Source of the DNA: Octopus bimaculoides
Taxonomy: Eukaryota
Length of the DNA stretch: 44,759 bases
Direction: 5' to 3'
Assembly: GCF_001194135.2 (NCBI RefSeq)
Contig: NC_068998.1
Span: 41,823,189 to 41,867,947, forward strand
Of the stretch, positions 26,307 through 37,549 are shown in pieces. The notes beneath the pieces were generated by a model. That model saw only the letters and a program-made list of their open reading frames with translations. It ran no database searches and was not told the DNA's origin. Position numbers and translations under genes: made by a program. The number at the start of each line of letters is the position of its first letter. The stretch's first letter is position 1.

Positions 26307-26489
26307 CGTCAAGCTTTTTCGTCAATTGTTCATTGCTGGGATAGATAGCATCGATGACGTAAAAGGAGCAATATGGTGCATAGACATGTTGGGCTTCCAT
26401 ACAGACTTGATTAGAGATCCACTTGGTTCAGATCACTCCAATATCGCACCACGTTACTATTCACTTCCAAGAGACGGATATTCATTGAG
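26307..26489 (+). CDS. Candidate symmetric (phase 2-2) 183-nt exon: VKLFRQLFIAGIDSIDDVKGAIWCIDMLGFHTDLIRDPLGSDHSNIAPRYYSLPRDGYSLR
   Basis: Long polypyrimidine tract ending tgttgcAG; only one frame open; AG|gtgcga donor; length divisible by 3. No recognised homology. Confidence 0.3.
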
Positions 26490-27607
26490 GTGCGAACCAG
26501 TGGTTTCATGTGACGTATTATTGCCAAATAAGCCATATATATGTGCGAGAGAGAGTGTTTAGGCGCGTGTGTGCGCGCACGTATATGCACGTTTGTGTAT
26601 ATATATGTGCTTGGATGTTTTTGTGTGTGTACGTGTATCTGTTTACATGTCGTACGTCTCCAGGTCTTTACATATGTGCATCCGTGCATATAGATATATA
26701 TAGGTGTGTTTATAAATATATATACATATATGCATACATATGTATATATGTGTATATATATATATATATGTATATATTATTTACATACACACACAAATAT
26801 ATACATACATATATATATAAATATATTCATATATATACATATATACATATGTATGTATATATATACAATGAAAATAAGACAAAGAAATTTTCTCAAACGC
26901 TAAAAGTAACTTGACCGATAAAAACAAAAGAAAAACAATGATGATTCAAACAAATCAAAAAATAAACCCAAATAGTAAATGAACAAAGATGCAATACATA
27001 AAAATACAAATCAACAGAAACAAACAAAAAAGAAAAACAAAAATTAAAAGAAAAAATAGGTCAAATTTTTTTAAAATTTTCAAAGGTCAAAAAACAACAA
27101 AAATAATAACTGAAAAATATTAAATACCTCAAGCTCAATGCGAAATATTACACAAAATTTAAAAACCAAAAGACAAAAACCCATCAGAAAGTGAAAAAAA
27201 AAATAACTGAAACACTACAAAGAAAGACTTCATAAAAATCCCACTTCCATTGCGCGAGTACACGCACAAACACACACAAACCCACACACGCGCACACAGA
27301 CACTACCAAGTATGACATCACCTCTTCCTTCCCTATTCATCTATCACCAAGTATTGTTTTCAACGGTTAGATTTAATTTAAATTAGGTAACGTTTTCTCA
27401 TTGGAGATGTCTCTAACTAAATCGCCCTATGCTGCTTATATAGTGTTATAATTAGCCAAACTATACTAGTCTATAGAGAGAAAGTTATTGATATGTCTAT
27501 ATTTATATCATCCCCTAACCGTTCATCCGTTAGTTGTGGTTTAATAATTGACATGACTCCCATCACTATCACACACACATAGGGACAGATAAACATGAAA
27601 TTCATAG

Positions 27608-28259
27608 TTCCAGCTTCTCTGCTTTTTTTTAAAGTTCCTATTATCTTTTCTGCACTGATGAGTACTTTGATATTTGCAAATTCTAAAATGAATTTATATC
27701 TATGCAAAAATCGATTGTATGCATGAATAAACATTATACAAATTTTTTACATCTAATCTCCTCCATTTTTGACAAATATGATTGGATTTGTAGAACTTCA
27801 TTCTATAAATTAATCATACGCTTTATATATATATACGTATATATATATATGTATACATATATATGTATGTATATACGTTTGCTTCAAAGTGTTTGGATAT
27901 GTGGTCATGTTTGTATAGGGGATTATACAGATTTCCCCAAACCTGCATCAAAGGTGAACCTTTACATTGTGTGTCTTTGATGCAACTCTGATGAAGTGCC
28001 ACTCAAATGTTTCAAACCGCAAACATTACGTGAATTTTCACATTGATCTTTTGCGGGAACTGGCTTTGAAAGCAGTGTTCGAACAGAAACGATTGTAATT
28101 GATAATTAAAAATGTGTTAAACGCTTTATTTGTCTTCTCATTTATATTATATTGTCTTCTCCGTTACACCAACGCAACGGTTTTACCGTCGTTGAATCAG
28201 GATTTTAAACGCCTGAAGAATGTATATATTCCAGCTTCTCTGCTCTCTTTTTTAAGTTC
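27608..28259 (+). mobile_element. Unit bounded by ~30-bp direct repeats and containing two hammerhead-like relics (possible Penelope pLTR or retrozyme-like remnant)
   Basis: ttccagcttctctgct...tttttaa(a)gttc at 27608-27637 and 28229-28259. CTGATGA at 27655 and 27988, each followed by a long hairpin and a GAAA-like/GUA half-core. Confidence 0.4.
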
Positions 28260-28783
28260 TTATGTATACGTATGAATATGAATGCGCGTGTGCGCTTGTG
28301 TGTGTAATATCTCTTTCTTAATGTTTATTAATGTATTTATTTTACAGGAAACATAATTCTTACTTTAAACAATGATCTATCTTCATTATGATTTTTACAG
28401 TCAGTATTCTTGTCATTAAATTTCGGAGTTAAATAGTAATTTATATTTGTATAAAGTGCTACAGTGATCCTGTTCCAACTGACCGTCTTGTTTATTTTGC
28501 AGTGTGACAAGTTTGTTATATTAAACTTTGAAATATTGTCATTATTCTTGTTGTTGGTTGTTGTAGAACAGCTACTGTTGCTGTGTCTGTTATTGTTTTT
28601 ATCGTATTCGTTGTTAATATTGTTGCTAATATTGTGATTGTATCTTTTACACACAAAAGAGGTGTCCTTGACAGGACACCTTACATGATGAAAAGAGGTC
28701 ACCTGTTTATTGTATAAAAAATGTCCACTAATTTACATGAAAACTTTGTTGTCTATTGACCTTATTACGCATGGTGGCCACTG

Positions 28784-28821
28784 GTAGAATATTTAGAGAA
28801 ATATTTCTCTAAATATTCTAC
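28784..28821. repeat. Perfect 38-bp palindrome with no spacer
   Basis: gtagaatatttagagaaat|atttctctaaatattctac. Confidence 0.95.
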
Positions 28822-28829
28822 TCCTAATA

Positions 28830-28871
<42 letters not shown>

Positions 28872-28881
28872 NNNNNNNNNN

Positions 28882-28939
<58 letters not shown>

Positions 28940-28980
28940 TTATATACACGCACTCGCACGCACACACACACATATACAAC

Positions 28981-29045
28981 GGGCTTCTTTCAATCTCCAT
29001 CTACCAAATCTACTCACAAGGCTTTGGTTAGCCCGAGGCTTTTAT
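28981..29045 (-). mobile_element. SINE family D 3' fragment with microsatellite tail
   Basis: gggcttctttcaatctccatctaccaaatctactcacaaggctttggttagcccgaggct is the reverse complement of the 3' end of 35231-35386. Confidence 0.8.
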
Positions 29046-30056
29046 ACATCCCTAGTTTCGTTTCTTTAAGTTTTTCAGTTCACTGCCCGCAGATATTGAC
29101 ATTTTTGTCTTCTAGAGGTTTGATAAAGTAAAGCAGCACCAGTTAGATAATGGAATTGACTTCATCGAGCCTAACCTCCCTTAACAAATACGATACCCAA
29201 TATAATTCTATAGTGGCCCCGTAAATTATTGTTGACCTTGAACAAGTGTCTCTAAGTCGGTGGGGTGTTTGCTGAAGACCGATAGTTAGCTCATACGTGA
29301 CAGTTCCTCCTTCGGATACCAGCAATGTTGGAAGAAGACCACAGATTTAGTTTCCATAATACTTGGCACCAGCGTCTAGCCAGAGACATTGCTTTCTGAA
29401 TGCTTACAGTGAAAGAATATACACCAATATTTTACGTCCGAGTTTGTTATTTAAATTTTATTGACCACCGTGACCACCACCAAAGCATAAGATACAACAA
29501 TGTTCTCAGTTCGGTTTGAACTTGGATCGCAGAGACTCGAGACAAATAACACGATGTATTTTAACCAAGTCTGTTGCCAATTAACCTCATTTTAGTTTAA
29601 TCAAGAAATTAATATTCCTTAGAAATTCAACCATTTCTATTTCTCTTCCAGAATTGTGTTTCACATGCTATTTTACTAAATTCTTAAACATCGACAGGCT
29701 ATGAACGAAACAAAACAAAGTATTATTTGATATTTCATTTCGAAAATAGTTATTAATTCAACTCCAAATTACTTAACCATTATTCGAAATTATTTCGAAT
29801 GGAACCGGTTTATAGCTAAACAGGCGAAAACTAATTATTTCTACATCTAAAATTGTTTACTAGTAAAATTTCTATTCAGGAAAAAACGAAAAGAGCAAGA
29901 ATGTTAAGATTTTACAAAAATTTCAATATATATTTCTATGAGAAATGTTTTAAGTATTCTTAATGGAATAAGTTTGGAACTTCAATTAAAATGTTTAATT
30001 ATCTCAAATGGAAATTGTCTACGGTTTCAAATGGAAACGGCTTATCTATACTAGTT

Positions 30057-30092
<36 letters not shown>

Positions 30093-30849
30093 ATATATAT
30101 ATANNNNNNNNNNNNNNNNNNNNNNNNNNNNNNNNNNNNNNNNNNNNNNNNNNNNNNNNNNNNNNNNNNNNNNNNNNNNNNNNNNNNNNNNNNNNNNNNN
30201 NNNNNNNNNNNNNNNNNNNNNNNNNNNNNNNNNNNNNNNNNNNNNNNNNNNNNNNNNNNNNNNNNNNNNNNNNNNNNNNNNNNNNNNNNNNNTATATTTC
30301 TCAATAATGAGGTTCGTACAATTAACAACATCTTTATTTACATATGTACAAAAATATTCGTTATATAATATTATTGGAATTATTTCTAATATAGTTAAAA
30401 TTTATATAATTTCAGTCTTAAACAGAAACGCACATATTTATACGAGTTTTGATAGTTTTGGTTATCATTTCTTTTTAATTCATAGTCCATCTTAATCTAT
30501 TGTTTCCTTTCTTTTATCTGAGATCATCTTTCATTTGATATGCCTTGTATCAGAAATTTCTCGTTGATCTCATGTTATGTTTAACCTATCAGTTTATTCC
30601 AAAAATATCTTCGCAATATCTTCATCGATTCTGTCCCATCTTGTTGGGTGGGGGCGAAAAACGAACAAAAATTTCACCTTCGTTATCATGATGAATCGCA
30701 AAGTTGTTTGAATAAACTTTCATTGATAACCCGTCTCATAATGTCGGCATTCGTGTCACTATCTTCTAGTTCATCACGATATTAATTTTGAGCGTGAGCG
30801 TCACATTCTGTTTCGATATCTCGGTCAGTCCAATGAATAAAAGGTATCT

Positions 30850-31145
30850 GAGTTGTGGTGATGATAGTTTGACGAATCAAGAGCTAAAACTGAAGTAATC
30901 ATATTAGGATCTGTTTAATCAACAACGGGATCCTTAGAGTTAAATATTTGGATTTGGCCAAGCAATAACTGGGATCCAATTTTGTATAGCCTGGGTATAT
31001 CCAGTCAGAAACTAGAGCCGAATTGTGGACATTTGAGTTCGACATAGTAATGGCTGAAACTGAAGTTTAAATACGAAGATCTATTTAAACAACGAAGGGT
31101 GACTTAAGTATTAACGTCTGGATCTGGCCAAGCAATAACTGGGTT
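30850..31145. repeat. Diverged tandem duplication with 170-bp period
   Basis: tggat(t/c)tggccaagcaataactggg at 30949 and 31119; gatct(g/a)tttaa at 30908 and 31078; gct(a/g)aaactgaagt also repeats. Confidence 0.8.
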
Positions 31146-31774
31146 CGAAGTGTAGGCCCCACTCTCAGGCCAAGGCGTAAGACGATAAGGTGCATCAACA
31201 TCTATAGTTGAAGCGCAGGTATTTATATTGGGTGGAGTGCCATATATCGAAGTTGGTGAGATAACAGAAGCCTGGTCACTGCACGGTAACCATAAAATAC
31301 ATCTTTCAAATAATTGCCTGACGTTTCCAACGAATTGAACCAGGGGACTTTGGCGGTTTCCATTTTCTGTCGACATTTTACAAATGACAAAACTAATTTT
31401 CAGCAGCAAACATATTGCAAATTTGATGCAAGTAAACGTATTTTAATAATTTCCATACATGTATATTATATATATATAATACATGATATACATGTACTAT
31501 ACAATATATAAACGCATGTAACATATACATATATATGTATATATATGTATGTGTATATATGTATTTATACATATATACACCAATGGATATATACCAAACT
31601 ACAAGTAACAAGGAATGTACAAGACGACGTAGACCTCGCTTCTAAGGTATCTTAGAATTTTTCTACATTTCTTTTTTATTTGTTACTATGACCTCATAAT
31701 GCTTGTTCGTTAATATCAGAATCACTAATTTAATCTGTAAGGACATTCATATACTCTCACATATACACACACAT

Positions 31775-32240
31775 AGACACACGCACACACGCACACATTC
31801 ATTCATTCACTCACTCGTTCATTCACTCACTCACTCAGTCAGTCAGTCACACACATACTCACACACGCACGCACACAAACACACACACACACGCTCACAC
31901 ACTCACACACACACTCACGCACTCACTCACTCACTCACTCACTCATTCACTCACTCACTCACTCACTCACTCACACACACACTCACTCTCTGACTCTCTC
32001 ATACACACACACACTCACTCACTCACTCAGTCAATCAGTCACTCACTCACTCAATAACTCACTCACTCACACACACACACACACACATACACACACACAC
32101 ACACACACTCTCACACATAGGCACACACGCACATTCACTCACTCAGTCACTCAGTCACTCACTCACTCACTCACTCACATACACACTCACTCCCTGACTC
32201 ACACACATTTGTACGCACACGCACACGCACAAACACAGAC
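31775..32240. repeat. Complex (ACTC)n/(AC)n satellite
   Basis: Direct reading. Confidence 0.95.
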
Positions 32241-32384
32241 ACTCAGAAGCAGACACAAGCGCATAAGACCTAGTGAGTCTATGAACATTTTTCTTTATCG
32301 ATGAAATCTAATTTCTATAATTCTCTTCATCTCCATCTATATATATATTCATATGTACATATATATATATGTGTGTGTGTGTGT

Positions 32385-32431
<47 letters not shown>

Positions 32432-32463
32432 TGTATGTGTCTATCTCTCTCTATCTATATGTA

Positions 32464-32712
32464 TTGCGTTGGTGCATAATCATTGCGGCTTTTCTTCAAC
32501 AAATTTTATTCAACAAAAGCAATGACAATATTTGGCAAAACATCTTTAAATGACGGTCTGACCGTCTGCCAAGCAAATTTGAAGCAGTAATTGAAGTAGA
32601 TGGTGAATATGCTCCGGAATAATCATCTAAAGATGTTTATGTTACGTGTAATTATTGTTTTTGTTGAATAAAATCTGTTAAAAAAAGCCGCAATAATTAT
32701 GCGCCAACCCAA
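32464..32712 (+). mobile_element. Mariner deletion derivative (MITE-like), 249 bp
   Basis: TIRs of about 60 bp (ttgcgttggtgcataatcattgcggc / gccgcaataattatgcgccaacccaa) resembling the Hsmar1/MADE1 TIR; TA on both sides (32462-32463, 32713-32714); internal transposase C-terminus DRLPSKFEAVIEVDGEYAPE* at 32560-32622. Confidence 0.92.
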
Positions 32713-32740
32713 TACATACATACATACGTACATACATACC

Positions 32741-32771
<31 letters not shown>

Positions 32772-33128
32772 GTATACACACACATATATACAAGTGTGAG
32801 TCGAGATCTTGCATTGAAATGTGCATAGGATATCAAACAAGTTTTATTATCGGATTGCATTTTGGTTCTTATTTAAATTGATATGCTCCCAAAATTGTAT
32901 CACATATTTGAAAATCTTAATATTTAAACAAAGTATAAACAACTTTGATAACAGGTACAATATTTTACGAAATATTTGGTAGAGATTTAAATATACGTAT
33001 ATGTATGTATATATACACAGAGGGAGATAGATAAGATATACATGAATATTTGAATGGGTGTATATACATATATGTGTGTGTACAACTATTCACACAAGCA
33101 CGTATATGTTTATATTTGAATATATGCG

Positions 33129-33170
<42 letters not shown>

Positions 33171-33425
33171 TATATATATATATATATATATACATNNNNN
33201 NNNNNNNNNNNNNNNNNNNNNNNNNNNNNNNNNNNNNNNNNNNNNNNNNNNNNNNNNNNNNNNNNNNNNNNNNNNNNNNNNNNNNNNNNNNNNNNNNNNN
33301 NNNNNNNNNNNNNNNNNNNNNNNNNNNNNNNNNNNNNNNNNNNNNNNNNNNNNNNNNNNNNNNNNNNNNNNNNNNNNNNNNNNNNNNNNNNNNNNNNNNN
33401 NNNNNNNNNNNNNNNNNNNNNNNNN

Positions 33426-33465
<40 letters not shown>

Positions 33466-33827
33466 CATGTAGTTACATATTTGTTTATACAGGAAGCTTT
33501 TCGAAGTATGTAAACTGAAGTCAAAAGAGGATTCAACCTGAAAAATAAATTTAATTGTAAGTTAAATCGTTATATTTTCAGGATACACTAGCGCTAAATT
33601 AATATAGCGAGTAATACAAGATATTGGAAGAGATGTGACAAGTAGCCAGCCAGACACTCGGAGCAGAAAACAAGGTAACAGAGATTCAAAAGCAGACAGT
33701 CGTGGCATACATCGTAAGATTTGAATTTAGGAAATTAAGTGTCTGAAAAACAGACACGAATATATTCTCATAGTCGTCTCGTAATATTTCAATGAAGCAA
33801 AGTAAATAAATAGATAAAGATGCATGC

Positions 33828-33947
33828 ATCATTATCATCATCATTATTTGCAGCAACACCGTCATCATCATAATCAACATCACCATCATCATCGTCATCA
33901 TCATCGTCATCGTCATCGTCATGATGATGATGATGATGATGATGATG

Positions 33948-34018
<71 letters not shown>

Positions 34019-34262
34019 CATCCGTAACAACGCCACCACCACCAACACCATCACCAACATCACGATTCTGATGATCGTCAGCATTCTCTTCCTCCTCCTC
34101 GACCTTACCATCACTTCTTCTCTTCCTCCTACTCGATCTCATTATCACATTCTCCTCCTCCTACTCCTCCTCCTCCTCATCATCACCATCGTCATCATCG
34201 TCATCATCATCATTATCCTCCTCATCATCGTCGTTGTCGTCGTCATCATCATCATCATCATT
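33828..34262. repeat. Mosaic trinucleotide tract (CAT/GTC/GAT/CAG/CAC/TCC)
   Basis: Direct reading; contains a perfect 56-bp palindrome at 33921-33976. Confidence 0.95.
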
Positions 34263-34460
34263 TTAAGTTGCCTTTCATGCTGGCATGTGTTGGACAGTTC
34301 AGCTGAATCTGACAGGTCGTAGTGCAGTACCATGCTCCGGCTGTTTCAGTTCGAGTCTGCTTTCCCTCACTGGATGCCCCCCTCCTTAACTAATTCAGTG
34401 TACAAAATACACTGGAAGCATCATTGCACCGACTCTCAAAACATTAATGAAGCTTTCGGT

Positions 34461-34622
34461 ATGAGATCCAGGGCAGCAATAATTATGATTTTACTGATTG
34501 TGTTATATGTCTATGCAGATGCGAATCGATATAGACATTTTTGTCAGTCTTCCCACTCTGAGTCCAGTAATTCATCGGAAGTTGTGACATCTGACGAAAG
34601 GAAGGACCGTAAGAGCAACTAA
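34461..34622 (+). CDS. Candidate secreted small protein or first coding exon (MRSRAAIIMILLIVLYVYA-DANRYRHFCQSSHSESSNSSEVVTSDERKDRKSN); alternatively a 90-nt internal exon at 34519-34608
   Basis: Signal-peptide-like N-terminus. Donor CC|gtaaga at 34609. A branch-point-like CTGAT at 34494 and an AG at 34517-34518 support the internal-exon reading. Confidence 0.35.
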   Translation: MRSRAAIIMILLIVLYVYADANRYRHFCQSSHSESSNSSEVVTSDERKDRKSN

Positions 34623-34654
34623 CTGGTTCTCATTTCCCGCAGAATAGATTCTCA

Positions 34655-34758
34655 TCTGAAGTGTTTTGTTCAAAGCACAGCGCTCCAGCCTAAGGAGAAA
34701 TCGAACCTTTAATCTTATGATCGTGGTGCGGATACGTCTAACCCTTACGCCGCGAACC
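34655..34758 (-). mobile_element. Degenerate tRNA-derived SINE head (family C-like)
   Basis: Reverse complement: gcggcgtaagggttag (A box) ... aggttcgatttc (B box) ... gctgtgctttgaacaaaacactt. Confidence 0.65.
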
Positions 34759-35230
34759 TACATTGAAAACATGAATACAGTTTCAGAATATGATTTCAAT
34801 CTCATAATTAATACTAAATTAATTAATTAGTAATTTCTTAATGTAACTGGAATAACACAGCTAAATGTTCATTTGTTACAGTTAAATGTTAGCTTGGCGT
34901 CGTTATTATCAGGACAATTGTCATAACTACAATAGATACTATTCAATTTTTTGGAAATTCTTGCTGCTTAAGCAAATTGATGAAATTAATACCAATTTTC
35001 CAAACAAAATTTACCCTTACCTGAAAATATATTTAGACAAAGAATAAGTTTATTTGTATAACTCTTCCTGCATCCACTGTCTTTTTACATCCGCTCCTCT
35101 TCCTTTGTCTCTATGATACATTCTCCCTCTCTGTACATATGTCTAACGTAATCGTTCTTTTCCTCATTGCCTGTCACAAAGCCTAGTGAATGTTCTCCTC
35201 TTGTATCTCGTGTATTAACTCTCCTTCTAT

Positions 35231-35386
35231 GTGTGGCTGTGTGGTAAGAAGCTTGCTTCACAACTACATGGTTCTGAGTTCAGTCCCACTGTGTGGCATC
35301 TTGGACAAATTTCTTCTTCTATAGCCTCGGGTCGACCAAAGCTTTGTGAGTGGATTTGGCAGATGGGAACTGAAAGAAGCCCGTCG
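35231..35386 (+). mobile_element. tRNA-derived SINE family D with (TA)n tail
   Basis: gtgtggctgtgtggtaagaagcttgcttc...ggttctgagttcagtccc...tatagcctcgggtcgaccaaagctttgtgagtggatttgg...gaaagaagcccgtcg. Confidence 0.9.
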
Positions 35387-36620
35387 TATATATATATATA
35401 TATATATATNNNNNNNNNNNNNNNNNNNNNNNNNNNNNNNNNNNNNNNNNNNNNNNNNNNNNNNNNNNNNNNNNNNNNNNNNNNNNNNNNNNNNNNNNNN
35501 NNNNNNNNNNNNNNNNNNNNNNNNNNNNNNNNNNNNNNNNNNNNNNNNNNNNNNNNNNNNNNNNNNNNNNNNNNNNNNNNNNNNNNNNNNNNNNNNNNNN
35601 NNNNNNNNNNNNNNNNNNNNNNNNNNNNNNNNNNNNNNNNNNNNNNNNNNNNNNNNNNNNNNNNNNNNNNNNTGCTACGCATTTTGTCCGGCGTGATAAC
35701 GATTTTGCCAGCTCTCTGCCTTACCTATCTAAAATATTGATTCCTTTCCTTGGTACAAGACCATATATTTGTCAGAAGAAACATCTAGGAGAGTTGAATG
35801 TATCGCCATCAATATATTATTGGTGCTTTAGTTAATGGAGCCATGAACGAAGAACAGCCATGTTGAATCTGGTTTGAAGCCTCACCGTCACATTTTGATA
35901 TTGAAACAAAAAAAAAAAAATTACAATAAAATGAAACCAATTTTTCTTTCTTGCGAGTTCGAAAATAGATTTAAATACAAAGCTCTAATAAAAGAAAAAT
36001 ATGTAAAATATAGCAAGAAAAAAACCGAACAAATATAAACAACGAAAGATTAATAAATTAGAATTCTGTTTTAAATTGGTGATGACGTCTCCAGTAGGGA
36101 AGATGACGTCACTGTTGTTAGTGATTAATGAATCTCATTTGTAGAAATATGGTGATAACATTTTAACACCTAATTGATTTATAGCTTGGAAGAATTCATT
36201 TGATTTAGCAGACAGCGACGCAAACAACACATTATGTATTCTTGAAGATTACGCTATGTTGAAGAGGCAGGATGTAAAAGTACAAGTGAAATAATCGATT
36301 CCTATTTAACTTTTCCACATGTTCTATTTGAGATTACTTCATGCTGGGTCTGGCAAAAATACTTCAAAAATCCTGATATTGCGCACATTTTACTATCGTC
36401 TTACTAATAGTCTGGTAAAATATGTGAGAAAAACCTACCAGATTTCATACGGTCATTGATGTGGGAAATACTATCTTTCCACTCAGTCATCTTTGTGGGA
36501 AATCTTTCTCCCAGGTTTTATACAACATTTACAGGAGATTTTTCTCTTGGATTTTATACGGTCATTGCGGTGGATGTTTTATCTCTCTCCCATTTTTTCA
36601 CGGTGTGTGGTGTGAGGAGT

Positions 36621-37003
36621 GGAGGCGCAATGGCCCAGTGGTTAGGGCAGCGGACTCGCGGTCATAGGATCGCGGTTTCGATTCCCAGACCGGGTGTTGT
36701 GAATGTTTATTGAGCGAAAACACCTAAAGCGCCACGAGGCTCCGGCAGGGGATGGTGGCGAACCCTGCTGTACTCTTTCACCACAACTTTCTCTCACTCT
36801 TACTTCCTGTTACTGGTATGCCTGTAATTCAAAGGGTCAGCCTTGTCACACTGTGTCACGCTGAATATCCCCGAGAACTACGTTAAGGGTACACGTGTCT
36901 GTGGAGTGCTCAGCCACTTGCACGTTAATTTCACGAGCAGGTTGTTCCGTTGATCGGATTAATTGAAACCCTCAACGTCGTAAGAGACGGAGTGCCTACA
37001 CAC
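36621..37003 (+). mobile_element. Full-length tRNA-derived SINE with target-site duplication
   Basis: GGAGGCGCAATGGCCCAGTGG (A box), GGTTTCGATTCCC (B box), body and 3' end gtcgtaagagacggagtgc; TSD ggtgtgaggagt at 36609-36620 and 37004-37015. Confidence 0.92.
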
Positions 37004-37259
37004 GGTGTGAGGAGTATCGTTTGGCTCCCAGGTTTTACATACTGATTGGTGGCAGAGGTATTATACGCCCAGATTCACAGTGCGTGTTTCTTTATAATGA
37101 GAAATTTGTGGTCTTGGAATCTTAACTCCTCTTTCTACTTTACGTATTTGTATATTTTACCTATATATGTTAGACTTACTGGCCACTTTATTATTATTTT
37201 TATTTATAATAATGGCAATAAGACTTTATTAAATTTTATATCTCTATCTATCTTATTTC

Positions 37260-37457
37260 TTTATTGCCCACAAGGGGCTAAACATAGAGGGGACAAACAA
37301 GGGCAGACAAAGGGATTAAACCGATTACATCAACCCCAGCCGACAGGATGAAAGGCTAAGTCGACCTCGGCGGAATTTAAACTCAGAACGTCACGGCAGA
37401 CGAAATACCGCTAAGCATTTCGCCCGGCATGCTAACGCTTCTGCCAGCTCGCCGCCA
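37260..37457 (-). mobile_element. SINE family A copy with variant 3' end
   Basis: gtcgacctcggcggaatttaaactcagaacg...gacgaaataccgctaagcatttcgcccggcatgctaacgcttctgccagctcgccgcc; flanked on both sides by atatc(tc)tatctatct. Confidence 0.9.

Positions 37458-37549
<92 letters not shown>

Noticed and set aside
28455-28480. TACAGTG as a Tc1-like left TIR
   Set aside because: No matching right TIR or transposase remnant was found.
30850-31145. Repeated 25-mer with a unique-looking spacer as a CRISPR array (also 11707-11915)
   Set aside because: Only two units, 115-170 bp period, similarity extends through the spacers, eukaryotic context and no cas genes.
33686-34333. Poly-His/Asp/Gln/Met ORFs suggesting a low-complexity or metal-binding protein
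   Set aside because: All six frames are open only because the tract is trinucleotide repeat; no unique coding flanks or splice support.
36621-36700. tRNA gene calls at A/B-box sequences (also 811-924, 2255, 5850, 35231)
   Set aside because: No complete cloverleaf or acceptor stem; each continues into a shared SINE body.
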